A DNA stretch of 64,000 bases from Podarcis cretensis (lineage: Eukaryota): positions 97,588,001 to 97,652,000 of the forward strand of contig OX638152.1 of assembly GCA_951804945.1 (NCBI GenBank). The letters are read 5' to 3'. The notes under the pieces are model-generated. The model was not told the origin of the DNA and did not search any database. It saw nothing but the letters and a program-made list of their open reading frames with translations. The position numbers and the translations under genes are program-made. Below are positions 38,285-51,500 of the stretch, piece after piece (within the stretch, counting starts at the first letter, position 1; each line of letters opens with the position of its first letter).

Positions 38285-39132
38285 TTTTTTTGCTTCAGTT
38301 GCTAGGTCTGTATGTCCTCAAATAATAATAATAATAATTCATTATTTATACCCCACCCATCTGGCTGGGTTTCCCCAGCCACTCTGGGCAGCTTCCAACA
38401 GAATATTAAAATACAATAGTCTATTAAACATTAAAAGCTTCCCTGTTTCAGATGTCTTCTAAAAGTCTGTTAGTTGTTTCTCTTTTTGAGTCCAATATTC
38501 AAGTGTTGGTGATTCCTTTTCATTAAAAAAATCCTCAGTGTGGCTAAGCAGAATGACAGCAAAATTCAACAAAATAAAACCATTCATATCAGCAGTTAAA
38601 ATATGTTGAAAACTCCACAGAAGAAATGCCAGGGAGATGAACAGCTTGGCAGGTCAAATTCCAGTAGGAAACAGAAGGTCTTTGTGCAATAATGTGAAGG
38701 TCTTCAAGGAAAGCCCCCTTCTGCAGTGAGTTCCAAAGCCAGGACTTGGCCCCAGAGAAAGCCCTGTCTCATGTTCCAATCAGTTGGAACTTGGATGTTG
38801 GCAGCATGCAGAAAGAAGACGTTAATGAGCAGGCAAGTTTGTAGGGGAGAAGATGCTCCTTCAGATATCCTGGACCAAAGCCCATATAGGCAGTGCTTTT
38901 TCCCCTAGAACAATAGATGCCAATACTCACCATGAAGTTATTACATTTAGTGCTACACTTTTTAACAACAGCAAAAAGAGGTGCCAGTACTGCATGCTCT
39001 TAAGTACCCCCTGAAAAAAAGCCCACACCGCATATAATGCTTTAGAAAAGGCAGTGAGCAGTCTAAATTAGGCTCAGAAACAAACTGGAACCTGTGAAAT
39101 TGATCCACTTAGGAAATTGGTCTGTATGTCCT

Positions 39133-39178
<46 letters not shown>

Positions 39179-42100
39179 TTTATTTATACCCCGCCCTCCC
39201 CGGCCAGAGCTGGGCTCAGGGCAGCTAACACCAGTAAAATTACAGTAAAAACATAATAGGGGGAAAAACCAATTTAAAATACAGGTTAAAATGCAATTTA
39301 AAATGCAGCCTCATTTTAAAGTAGCTGATAAATCAAGACCATAAGGGGAGGGAAACGTAAGGGTCAGACCGAGTCCAAACCAAAGGCCAGGCGGAACAGC
39401 TCTGTCTAGCAGGCCTTTCGGAAAGATGTCAAGTCCCGCAGGGCCCTTGTCTTTTGTGACAGAGCGTTCCACCACGTCAGGGCCAGTGCTGAAAAGGCCC
39501 TGGCCGTAGTTGAAACCAATCTAACCTCCTTGAGGCTTGGGACCTTGAAAGTGTTATTATTTTTGGAACTTAAGGTCCTCCGCAGGGCATACCAGGAGAG
39601 GCGGTCCCATAAGTACAAGAGCCCTAGGCCGCATAGGGCTTTAAAGGTCAAAACCAGCACCTTAAACCTGACCCTGTACTCCACCGGGAGCCAGTGCAGT
39701 TGGTAAAGCACTGGATGAATGTGATCCCGCGGCAAGGACCCCGTAAGGAGCCTTGCCACAGCATTCTGCATCCGCTGGAGTTTCCGGGTCAGCTTCAAGG
39801 GCAGTCCCGCATAGAGCGAGTTACATCGTCGCATGGATCACTGTGGCCAGATCAGGGCGAGAAAAGTAAGGGACCAACTGCTTAATACAGTGGAGATGGA
39901 AAAATGCTACCTTTGCTGTGGCTGCAACCTGCGCCTCCATGTGCATTGATGCTATAAAAATTATTTTTAAAGTTTCTCTTCAAAGGAGTTGGACAAAGAA
40001 ACCATTCTTGATCATGCAGCCTTGTTGTGCGTTTCCCTTTTTGTCCATTTTGTGGTGGTACAAATTTGGGTGCAAATAAAATAGAAAGAAGTTATGGCAG
40101 GGGCTTCTCCACTTCTGAGAGATAACAGTGTCATCTTTACCACACATTATCTACGAAAACTTTTGACATCGCAGCTGCAAACAGAACAAACTCTGATCCT
40201 TCAGAAGAAGTAAAATTTTGATACTTCATTTGCTTTCATGCACATACAAGCCTCATGGAATGTGGGTGCAGTTTGAAAAAGAGAGACTTAATACGCTTGT
40301 TTGGACCTTCACATCAAGTTCCTTGTGTTGTTTAGCCTTATCTATCCAGTAAGCCTAAGGCAATTGTTAATCTTCAGGTAACCTAGAAGTTGAGATCAAT
40401 AGCATTTTTAGCTTAGATTACAGATATATGGACATGAGGGAAAAACACAGACACAGGGTCTATTCCCAATTTTGATAATGAGGGTTCTGTTAAATACAGT
40501 TTTCCTTCTTGTAATAAATATGCAATGTGCAATATAGTTTGCCGCAACTCTAAATACAGTGGTGCCCCGCACGACGAATGCCTCACAAGAAGGAAAACCC
40601 GCTAGACGAAAGGGTTTTCCGTTTTGGAGGCGCTTCGCAAAACGAATTTCCCTATGGGCTTGCTTCGCAAGACGAAAATGTCTTGCGAGTTCCTGCGGGG
40701 TTTTTTCCCTCCCCCCCCTTTTTCTAAGCAGCTAAGCCGCTTATCAGCTGATCCGCTAAGCTGATAAGCCGCTAAAAGCCACTAATAGTGCTAATCTGCT
40801 AAACTGTCAATGGGCTTGCTTCGCAAGACGAAAAAACCGCTATACGAAGAGACTGACGGAACGGGTTAATTTCGTCTTGCGAGGCACCACTGTATTCGTA
40901 GATTCCAAAATTGTATGGGACTTACAAAAAACTTGTTGGAGATTTGTGGATAAACTTCCAGGTTTCTGGTTGTAGAAACAGGACAGTGTCTAGGACAAAA
41001 ATACGGCGAGAACTTGGGCCCAGATGAGGCCGGTGTCCTTAATGAAAAGATCTGGGAAGCCTCGCTCTATGGCGATTACATTGGAATGATGTAATCCTTT
41101 GTGTGTTCAAGGCTGTTCCGCTGGCTTTGCATGGCCATGCCTAGGCTTCTGTCAGTCTTCCTTGATGCTGACTTGGGCTGTTGTCTTTTCCTCCTGATCC
41201 TGCAGTGATGGGGAAAGAAGAAAAAGGACCTCCTCTGTATGCAGCAATGACTCTCTAAATGCTGGCGGAATTACTCTTACCCCCCGCCGGATTTCCTGGA
41301 GGCAGAGAATCTTCCTAAGGGTGGCATCGCCCATGAAGAAATCCCCCTCAGCAATGCAATTTCAAGGTCAGTTTTCATTTGAGGCGGCAGTCTATGTAAC
41401 GACAATTCGATTTCATTTCTCTGTTTAAGAGTGGCAGCTTCCAGTCCTCTCTTAAAAGAAGTGGGCAAGTTCTGCAAGACCCAAGTTTGAATATTTGATA
41501 TGCTTGTTAGGTGCATGTTTCGTTTTAAGGTTCCAAATGGATGTTTTTTTTCAGGTAGTTGGCCTTTTTGTGGCAGTATGCCATCGAAGTCTGAGTCAAG
41601 TCTATGATTGACTATCCCTGTATCTTTCAACATGTTGTTCTAAGAGTAACCACTTCAGTTGTCTCCAGAAACACATGGCCACATCTCCTCCTATCTGTTT
41701 CCGAATCATGTTTCCTTCTGACCTCCCTGGTAACATTTGGTTAACAACTATATTATGCAACGTATCTTTGTCGCCAACACTGCCTTGACCTCAAGTTACA
41801 GCTAAGGAAGTTGTATGGGGTGGTGCAAGAGAAGATGTCTGGTGGCAACAGGCTAATGAACATAAGAAGAGTCCTGCAGGATCTGATCCAATGTTCATGT
41901 AGTCCAGGGTTTCCCAAACTTGGGTCTCCAGCTGTTGTTGGACTACAGTTCCCATCACCCTGACCACTGGTCTTGCTAGCTAGGGATGATGGGAGTTGTA
42001 GTCCAAAAATAGCTGGAGGGAATTCCTGATCTAGCCCAATATCGTCCTTATGCACAGGTGCATCTGGAAAGGTGCATCTGAAGTAAATTCATGTCAGGCA

Positions 42101-45100
42101 TGGCCAAACTTGGCCCTCCAGATGTGTTGGGACTACAGTTCCCAACATCCCTGACCACTGGTCCTGTTAGCTAGGGATGATGGGAGCTGTAGTCCCAAAA
42201 CATCTGGAGGTCCAAGTTTGGCCATGCCTGCATTATGTAATTGCTTCTCAGCAGCTGGCAATCAGAGTTAATATTGTTACATGTAGCCCTGTCCTCCATG
42301 AATTTGCCAGTCTGCATTAAGACCATCGAGGCAAATGATCATATCCCTTCCTTTTACCTCTTCTGAATCTCCTGCCAGCCAGTTAAACTGGATGAAAGGA
42401 AGGGACAAAAGGGAGGGACAGAAACTTCTCTCTCCTCTTTCTTCACCCCGTGCTTGTCAACCACCTTGCATCATTTGGGCCTGTATCATACCACCTTTCA
42501 GATGCTATGGACCATCTTTCCTTGGTTTTAAAAGAATATGTTAGAGATACTTTGTGTCCTGTTTAATACAAATTCCTAGCATAGGAAAAGGCAGATGTTG
42601 GGTGTGTGCCAGATCACCAGATCTGTCTCAGGTAATGAAGGCCAACTGGGCAAAGCCAGATCAACTCTTGGTTAAGAATGGCAAAGTTTCACCCCTGGAG
42701 GAAACTTTCTGCTAATTGCAAGTTCGCTGCAGTACTGCTTTCAATGCCTAAGTTGGATAACATCCACTTATCATATTGACAGGCTCTGCTGCTAGGAGAG
42801 TGCTCTAGTAACAGTTCTGGATGCTAAATCAAAAGGAACACTAATTACATCTGGCAATTAGCAGTTAGGAAGTATTTATTCAAGGGAGGCCATAGGCCAG
42901 AAAGAAAGGGTTCAAACATTTAAACTTTTGTCTTTCCCTAAAGCCAGTCTGCAGCTCATAAGGGAATATACAGCCTTGGCACTTTACTCTCGAGAACAAA
43001 GCTTGCAGAATTATGTATGTCTGCTTGCACTTTCTGACTCGATTGTTATATTCAGCAGAACCACAGAAGATGAACTTGATTTCCAAAATTACACGCAATA
43101 GGTGACACTGTTATAGAATGGCTTGTCTGTCTGTCTAGCAGGGCAAACTGTGGATGCAAAGAATCTTAAAACAAATTTGCTGACTGGTGTGTGAAGAAGC
43201 AGTATTGGATGAGATAATAATCCCAGAGTTAGGCTGTATCAGGGTGACATTATAAAAGTTCCATCTTGCTTTCTTATGAGGGTATAGTTGGGCTTGTAGC
43301 AACATGTCCTTAGGTCCATGGGCTTCAGTTAGGGTAAAGGGAAAGGGACCCCTGACCATTAGGTCCAGTCGTGGCCGATTCTGGGGCTGCGGCGCTCATC
43401 TCGCTTGGCTGAGGGAGCCGGCGTACATCTTCCGGGTCATGTGGCCATCATGACTAAGCCACTTCTGGCGAACCAGAGCAGCGCACAGAAACGCTGTTTA
43501 CCTTCCCACCAGAGCGTTACCTATTTATCTACTTGCACTTTGACATGCTTTCAAACTGCTAGGTTGGCAGGAGCAGGGACTGAGCAACGGGAGCTCACCC
43601 CGTTGTGGGGATTCGAACCGCCAACCTTCTGACTGGCAAGTCCTAGGCTCTGTGGTTTAACCCACAGCACCACCCGCGTCCCTTCAGTTAGGGTAGTATA
43701 TATGTTATTGAGTGCTGGAGCACAGACTAAAAATACTACGTACTACTGTTATTATTTATAGAGTGTCATCAATGTGCATGGCAGTTCTGCAGAATAAGCA
43801 AAAAAACCAAAACCCCAGTAACCCAGGTCTCTCTCCTAAGAGGAGAGACAAGGGAGATGGGTGAATGTGAGCATATACAGTAATATAATAAATAAAACCC
43901 TAATGATGGATGTTCATGCATATTTCTGCCACCATACTAGAACTCTCAAATAGTATTTAATAACTCCATGTCTAATGCAGCAATATTTTGCAGATGGAGG
44001 TGATGTAAATGAATTGTTGCCGCTGTCTCCCCTTGCACGATCTTTTGATGAAGACCCCCTTGTTTCCTTATTGCAAAACGATGATCTTCAAGATAAGACT
44101 GGGGAGAAAAAGAACTCTGAAGAGCTTCAGAGTCTGTGGAGAAAAGCCATCCATCAGCAAATACTGCTACTTCGAATGGAAAAGGAAAACCAGAAATTGG
44201 AAGGTTAGTGAAGGTTATAAGATAAAGAATGGTTGCTCTGCCTTCCGGGCTTGGACGTCCCAGGAATTAGTTAACGAATTCCCTGCGGATTTGAAGTAGC
44301 TAATGAAATGGTGTTGTGCGACTGCCATATTTCATGGGCTTACATTTTGTCCTTCAGTATAAAGGTTTTTTTGGTATGTGTCACAAAATTAAGAAAAAAC
44401 TGTTTAAGCAAATGAGAAGCCCATCCTGGATGGCTTTTGGGTCTGGCTGGACCTGCGATCCCTGTTGCAGTTCAGCACCTTATAACTATGTTTATTTTCC
44501 TTTATCTGTAAGATGATAGGCAGTTCCTGCTTCCAGTTTTGCCTCCAGCTTCACAGCCCTCACCCACTCAGTCACTCACATATCTTCAGCTCTAATGATG
44601 TGGCTTTGGGATAAGCAGGCCCTTAAATGGGACACTCAACTTTTCAAACAATACCACAGATTTTGGATTTTGTTTGTTTATTTATTTTTAGCTTATTTGA
44701 ACTGTCTGGGAGGTGCATATGGGCATTTGCATCATACACCATTTAGCAGAGATGCTTGTGAAGAAATTGTAGACAGAAGTGCCTTGTAATCCCTTTTTCA
44801 TAGCTTTGTGGGTTTAAAAAAGCATAAAGCAAACACCTCTTTCTCTTTCTTCCATAATAACGTTGAATTATGAAGTGGTGAAAATGAGAAAACAAACTGT
44901 GGCAGTGGGAATTCTGCTTGAGTGGAAGTTTCTAATCAGTCTGTTTCAGCTGGCTGATTTGCATCAGCTTCAAATTCTTTGCTATATCACACAGCATTTA
45001 ACGTTGCATCGTCCGATGGCTGAGACAACGTATAAACCTGCCTCCCTTCTTCCTCACCTTCCCATGCACAGAGAGTTAAGTTGATAAAGCTCCTGCCTTT

Positions 45101-48100
45101 GTGCAATTTATTCCTGCCCGTACACCCTCTTTGCTTACTCATCATCAGATGAAATTTGTTGACAAAATACTAATAAAAATACTTCCTATTCTTCTTAATG
45201 CTGTCGAGGAAGCTTGAATTATATTTTCTTTTATAGAAGGTAAGATGCACGTAAGCAAAATGTTTTCTTCCCCTCCTTATATGTAACTCACTATTGGAAG
45301 CACTGCAGTAGTAGAATAGCACTAAATCTTTCGCAGTTTGAGTGATGGAATTGTAGCTTTACTTCTTGCATGTGCTGCTTCCATCTATTCAACCGCCATG
45401 TTCTTTGCAACTCCACCAAATCTAGTGATTAGCTTTAGGACAGGATAATCACATTGTGAACCATACAGTGGAATTCAGATCATCTGCAGAAGGAGCTTGT
45501 GTACCAGGCTGGCTCAGGGGAGACAGCTGAGCGCATGTTCTCACCTTCCCACAGGTTTTAAGAAAGTCTTCTGCTATTTATTCTTGAGTCTTACCGAACT
45601 TTCTACATCTTTAGTTTAAGAACTGGTTGTACAAGGCTGTAAGTGTGCAGAGCTTTTGCACAGTAAGAGAACACTACTATGGGTAACTGCCCCCAAACAT
45701 GCCTTCCTAAACCTCGGGATGGTTGACAGGACATAACCTGATATGTGGCCTACATGGCATTAACTGCTGGTCTGTGGTCCATCATCTGAAATGGTCTGTG
45801 CCTTGTGTTCTCTCTTGCAGCAAGCAGAGATGAGCTCCAGTCCAGAAAGGTTAAGCTGGACTATGAGGAAGTTGGTACTTGTCAGAAAGACGCTATCAAT
45901 ATCTGGGATAAGAAGCTGTTGAATTGCAGAGCCAAAATCAGATGCGATATGGAAGATATCCATGCAACTCTGAAAGATGGTAATTTTGAGTGCTTTTTTT
46001 TTTTTTTTTTTTTTGAGACCTTGCATTTTTCATCTGTTTGAACACCACCATAGGCAGGGAATGAGCCTGATGCAAAGCAACGACATTTTTCTGGTGATTT
46101 TCCCTCGCTTCTGTTGCCTTGCATTTCCAGTTGAAAACTGGGAAATTATAGTCACTTTGAGTTTTGGAAAAGGAGTGGCTGACAAATAAAGATTTCTGGG
46201 CTGTACAGTAACTAGAGAAAGGGAGTGCTCCGCTTGAATTTGGGTGGAAAAGTAAACCGAAGCTCAGAAAATAGGTCTGAAAATCAGCGGCGTAGCATGG
46301 GTTGTCAGCACCCGGGGCAAGGCAAGTAATTTGCGCCCCCTAACCCAGGGCAAGGCAAGTAATTTGTGCCCCCTAACCTGGGGCAAGGCAAGTAATTTGC
46401 GCCCCTAACCCCTAACCTGCCGCCGCTGCCAGCTTCTTCTTGCTGCTGCCTGGGCTGGGGTATTTACGGTAAGGTAGCCACGGTGGCGGTGGTGGGTCTG
46501 TGTCAGGTGATCTGAGGCGAGTTGCCGCTGGCGCTGCCGCCCAAACGACGCCGCTTGCCCGGAGGAGGAGGAGGGCAGAGAGGCGAGGAAAATGCAACAT
46601 GGCCCAGCAGCTGCAGCAGTAGCGGCGGCGGGGCTGTGAGGAGGGGCTGCCTGGCGCGGCCTCCACGGCCCCGATGCGCAGGGACCACGGCAAGCGCTGA
46701 GAGCCGCTGCCTGCCGGACGCCTTCAGCCCGGACGTGCGCACAGCTCGTCGGTTCCACAAGACATGGGACTCTGCTACAGCCTGCGCCCGAGGCTCTTCG
46801 GCGGCTCCAGAGGCGGCGAGCGCACCCCCCCCAGATGTTGCGCCCGGTGCGGCCGGCCCCCCCTGCACCCCCCACGCTACGCCACTGCTGAAAATTCTGA
46901 GGCTCCTGGAGAATGTCACTGGGCCAGCAAACGGATCCCATTTTTTTGCCCCATTACGAGGCTGCAATAAATGAGATGTTGAAAGTGTTCATGTGGAACA
47001 GAGTGTGTAGAAGTTCAAAATAATGACCCTAATGGTTATAAATTAGAAATGGGTAATCTTTATATTTGTAGTGAACTCTATTAAACCACCCCACAATCCC
47101 CTGAATAATTTTGTTTTATATCTTCGTGTCTTCAGGTGTTCCCAAAAGTCGCCGGGGAGAAATATGGCAGTTTCTTGCCGTGCAGCATCGCGTAAGGCAC
47201 CGGCTACCAAATAAACAGCAACCCCCTGATATCTCTTACAAAGAACTCCTGAAACAGTTGACAGCTCAGCAACATGCGATCCTTGTAGACCTAGGTAACT
47301 TTTTTTCCATAGTCAGGACTTTAGGTCATGAACAGGTTGGAGGTGGAGGTGTGTGGGGGGGCGGGGGAGGGGACTTGTTCCAAGTTAATCTGGTTCTGCA
47401 GATTGTATAAATTGTACAAGTACCAGGGTAACGCCTCTTTATTTTGTATAAATTCATTTTTGTTTTGCTAGCCACTGGGTAAAGAACGATGTGAGCACTG
47501 AAGACTTGCTTTTTCTCTATTGAAGTCTTATTCAGCCACCCGCTCTGGTTTCTGGAACGTTAGGTGGCACTATCTGTAAACATGCATATTTTAGCCACGA
47601 GGCTTAGAAATCTGACGTTCAACAAAGAAAAGAGGTTTTTTGGGAACCTGAATTTTGTGCCTAGTGTTCAGTTCTGTACTTCTTCTGTGCCACCCAAATC
47701 TTGCAGCCTGCTTACATTTATTGTTTTATGGCTGCCAGTTGTTATGCCTGGAAAATGCCCCCAGTAATAAGCACCCCATTTTTCATTTGCTTAGGATGGT
47801 TGATTTTCACACTTCTCGTGATCATGGGCTCAGGAGTAGCAGCACAGTGTAAGGAACCAAGAGAGAGAGAGAGGCTTCCTAGTCCTGCCAAGAGACGAAA
47901 GAGAAGTTTAACATTCTGTTGCTATTGGATAATGGGGTGGTAGTCAATGAAGGTTTACTCAGAGTAGACCCATTGAAAATAACAAACATGATTAAGTTAG
48001 GTCCATTGATTTCAATGGGTTTGCTCTGAGTGAAACTTAGTTCTACCCAGACACTGAGGTCCAGCTCTGAGGGCCTTCTGGCGGTTCCCTCACTGTGAGA

Positions 48101-48294
48101 AGCCAAGTTACAGGGAACCAGGCAGAGGGCCTTCTCGCTAGTGGCACCCGCCCTGTGGAACGCCCTCCCACCAGATGTCAAAGAGAACAACAACTACCAG
48201 ACTTTTAGAAGACATCTGAAGGCAGTCCTGTTTAGGGAAGCTTTTAATGTTTGATGCATTACTGTGTTTTGATATTTTGTTGGGGGCTGCCCAA

Positions 48295-48343
<49 letters not shown>

Positions 48344-48523
48344 GACTAATGCCCACGGTTAGGAAGTGTATATAACAAGGGTTATATCTGTGTATGTGTG
48401 TATAAGCAATCACTTTGGGAGCTAGTCATGGCTTGCTTCCCAAATGATAACATACACTGGTAATAGAACTTCTGATGATTTTTATTCTGACTGAGTGTCC
48501 TGTGAGTTCTTCATTCCAGATGA

Positions 48524-48559
<36 letters not shown>

Positions 48560-51500
48560 CCAGGGAGGACCTTCCCAACACATCCTTACTTCTCTGCTCA
48601 ATTAGGAGCAGGGCAACTCTCCCTCTTCAATCTTCTGAAAGCTTATTCCTTGCTGGACAAGGAGGTGGGCTACTGCCAAGGTATCAGCTTTGTAGCTGGG
48701 GTGCTGCTCCTCCACATGAGTGAAGAACAAGCCTTTGAAATGCTCAAATTCCTCATGTACGACCTCGGCTTCCGGAAGCAGTACAGGCCGGACATGATGT
48801 CACTACAGGTAAGGCAGAAATAGGCTTCTGCTTGGGAGAAAGATGTTACACTGGGAGTTGGGGGCAGCACTGCAGAAGGCTCATGAACTAAATGTGGCCT
48901 GCCACCTGGTTCCCTTTGGTTTCTGATCTCTCGTCGTACTCAGAACAACCTCTCTTACCACCGTTTCCTGTATTGTCCCTTAAAAGTTCCCATTGGCTTG
49001 TTGGGCATCTCCCTTCCCTATGTTTTTCTCAACCACCTCAGCAGTTTACACTGAAGTGAAGGACATAAGGCAGGAGTTGATAATGCAGGTGAGCTGCGCA
49101 CAGGTCAGCTGCAAGCAAGCTGCCAGCCAGCTCTGTGGAGGCTCCTTTTATTGACACAATATGCAAACCCAGGCAGATAGATTTTGGGCTGTGACCTTTA
49201 CACATCTTCCGGTCTCGAGATCGTGGGGTGGTACAAAGTTATTTTGGAGCCTGTTTCCACCGTGTCATTTTCCCCTTGCACAATGTATGACGAAGGAGAC
49301 AAAGGTTTCAGACAGGACATGGCAGACTACTGAGATCGCAAAAGGTTAGACAGAGGGCAAGATGTTCAAACAGCTATGACTATCTGTGAGGGGGAGTGTG
49401 CCCCGCACCCCAAGGTAACGCGTGCAGGCAGCTGAGGCTGCCTGCGGGCGGGGAGATTGCTCCATACCCAGCGATCATTCCTACATACACTACTATTCAC
49501 CGCATACTCTGCTGGCAAATATTCTGCTGCTCCATGACTTTATTAGGTACCTTCAGTGGAAGCGATGAATGAGAGGAACACGGTGTTAGAAGCTAGCTCG
49601 CTTTTTGGCCGGGTTTCATCCTCGCTCAACTTGTTGCAGCGGCAAAGTGAGAGGCCTGCAGTTAGAAACTTGGATCCCAGGAAGCAGCTTATAAAGTCAA
49701 GAAGCATGCATAGAGCCGAGCTGCTGATGTAGCAAACTATTCCCTCCCTCAGAAATAGTGTCTTTCTTTAAGTGTAAACCTCTGTTGGCAAAGTAATAAG
49801 ACGTGGCAGCTGATCAATATCTCCCTGCTTTTCATTTCTCAATTTTGAGGGAGAGCTGTGCAGATCCCTCCCTCCTCTGGTTGGAATTCCTAAGACAAAT
49901 TCCAGAGTGCTAGTTCACAGGAGAGTACTCTGTTTCAACATAGTTTATCAGTTAGAGTAAGGGACAAACAACACATTATTTGGGAGATCTGTGATCATTT
50001 TCTAGCTTAGAAAAACCAACCTGAAATACAACCTTGGGTGCTGCGAATCTGAAAAGCTGCCTGCATTAGTGACTGTGACCACTTCTTATGGCAGTGAATT
50101 CTAGCTATGCGCATATACACATGTGGCCACACCTTCTGGACAGACCAAGCATCATGTGAACAGCAGCCACAGGGAGAGGGGACCCAAACAGCCTCAGGGT
50201 TTCCTCCTGAGGAAACTGTGATAGCAGGTACGAATTGCACAAGAAGTCAGAGAAATTCTTAATCTGAGCCAGTGTGGTGTAGTGGTTCAGAGCGGTGCAC
50301 TCGTAATCTGGTGAACCGGGTTTGCGTCTCCACTCCTCCACATGCAGCTGCTGGGTGACCTTGGGCCAGTCAAACTTCTCTGATGTCTCTCGGCCCCACT
50401 CACCTCACAGAGTGTTTGTTGTGGGGAAGGAAGGGAAAGGAGAATGTTAGCCGCTTTGAGACTCCTTCGGGTAGTGATAAAGCGGGATATCAAATCCAAA
50501 CTACTCCTCCTCCTCCTCCTCCTCCTCCTCCTCCTCCTCCTCCTCCTCCTCCTCCTCCTCTTCTTCTTCTTCTTCTTCACTCTCCCATATTTTAATACAG
50601 ATCCAGATGTACCAGCTGTCGAGGCTACTGCATGATTATCACAGAGACCTCTACAACCACCTTGAAGAGAACGAGATCAGCCCCAGCCTTTATGCTGCCC
50701 CCTGGTTTCTGACTTTATTTGCTTCGCAGTTTCCATTGGGATTTGTAGCCAGAGTGTTCGGTAGGAAGCTTTTCTATGTATTGGTTGGGCAGATCAATAA
50801 TAGGCCCCTCCAAATTGGTGGTTTCATTGGGGGGGGTGGTTCCTATTCCGCAACATGCCTTTGACATAATCATAGTGCCTTTAGTGACAGATTTATACCA
50901 GACCAGCCACATTTTATTCTGCTTTACGCTGGCTAACATACATTGGCTTATTTGACATCAGCTTCTCATGTGTAAGAACAGTTCCCTAATTTGTGTGTGT
51001 ATGTAACAAAACATCATTTTGAGTAGTTTGGGCACTCCTTCTGCACTAGAACAATTGTTTAAGACTTCTTTTTTCCTGAAACTAATCCTTCTGCAGGAAT
51101 TTTTTAAAAGTGTATTGCAGGAACACAATTTACATTTCATTAGATCTTGGGCTATGGTGATGGTTCACTGATGCTAACCAAGCCATGTGTTGTGCTTGGA
51201 TTTTACTTGAGAAGACACGACACATTTTCTTGACTTGGAATACTAAAGCATTTGTGATGTATATGTTAATTATAAAACATGTTTTTAACAGATAAGTGTA
51301 AGAACACAAAAAAATGACTTTTTTATCCCCTTGAATCTTCAACATAAATATGTATAGAAAACAACGTTTTAAATGGGAAACACAATCTAATCTATGTTTT
51401 GTTCTCTGCCCTAGACATTATATTTCTTCAGGGAACAGAAGTCATATTTAAAGTAGCACTAAGTTTGCTAAGCAGCCAAGAGGAACACATCATGATGTGC

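Noticed and set aside
40335-40358. 24-nt AG...AG|GC segment as a candidate exon-12 microexon (coordinates approximate)
   Set aside because: Translation (LIYPVSL) is unlike the recalled human peptide and the GC donor is weak
46314-46417. CRISPR-like or telomeric array
   Set aside because: Eukaryotic DNA; direct repeats lack unique spacers and lie inside a transposon end
46405-46974. Several long overlapping ORFs (150-178 aa) on both strands
   Set aside because: Expected from very high GC content; only the 14-codon GNAL-like stretch is recognisable
50287-50635. Poly-Arg, poly-Pro and poly-Leu ORFs
   Set aside because: Translations of the (CTC)n(TTC)n SINE tail
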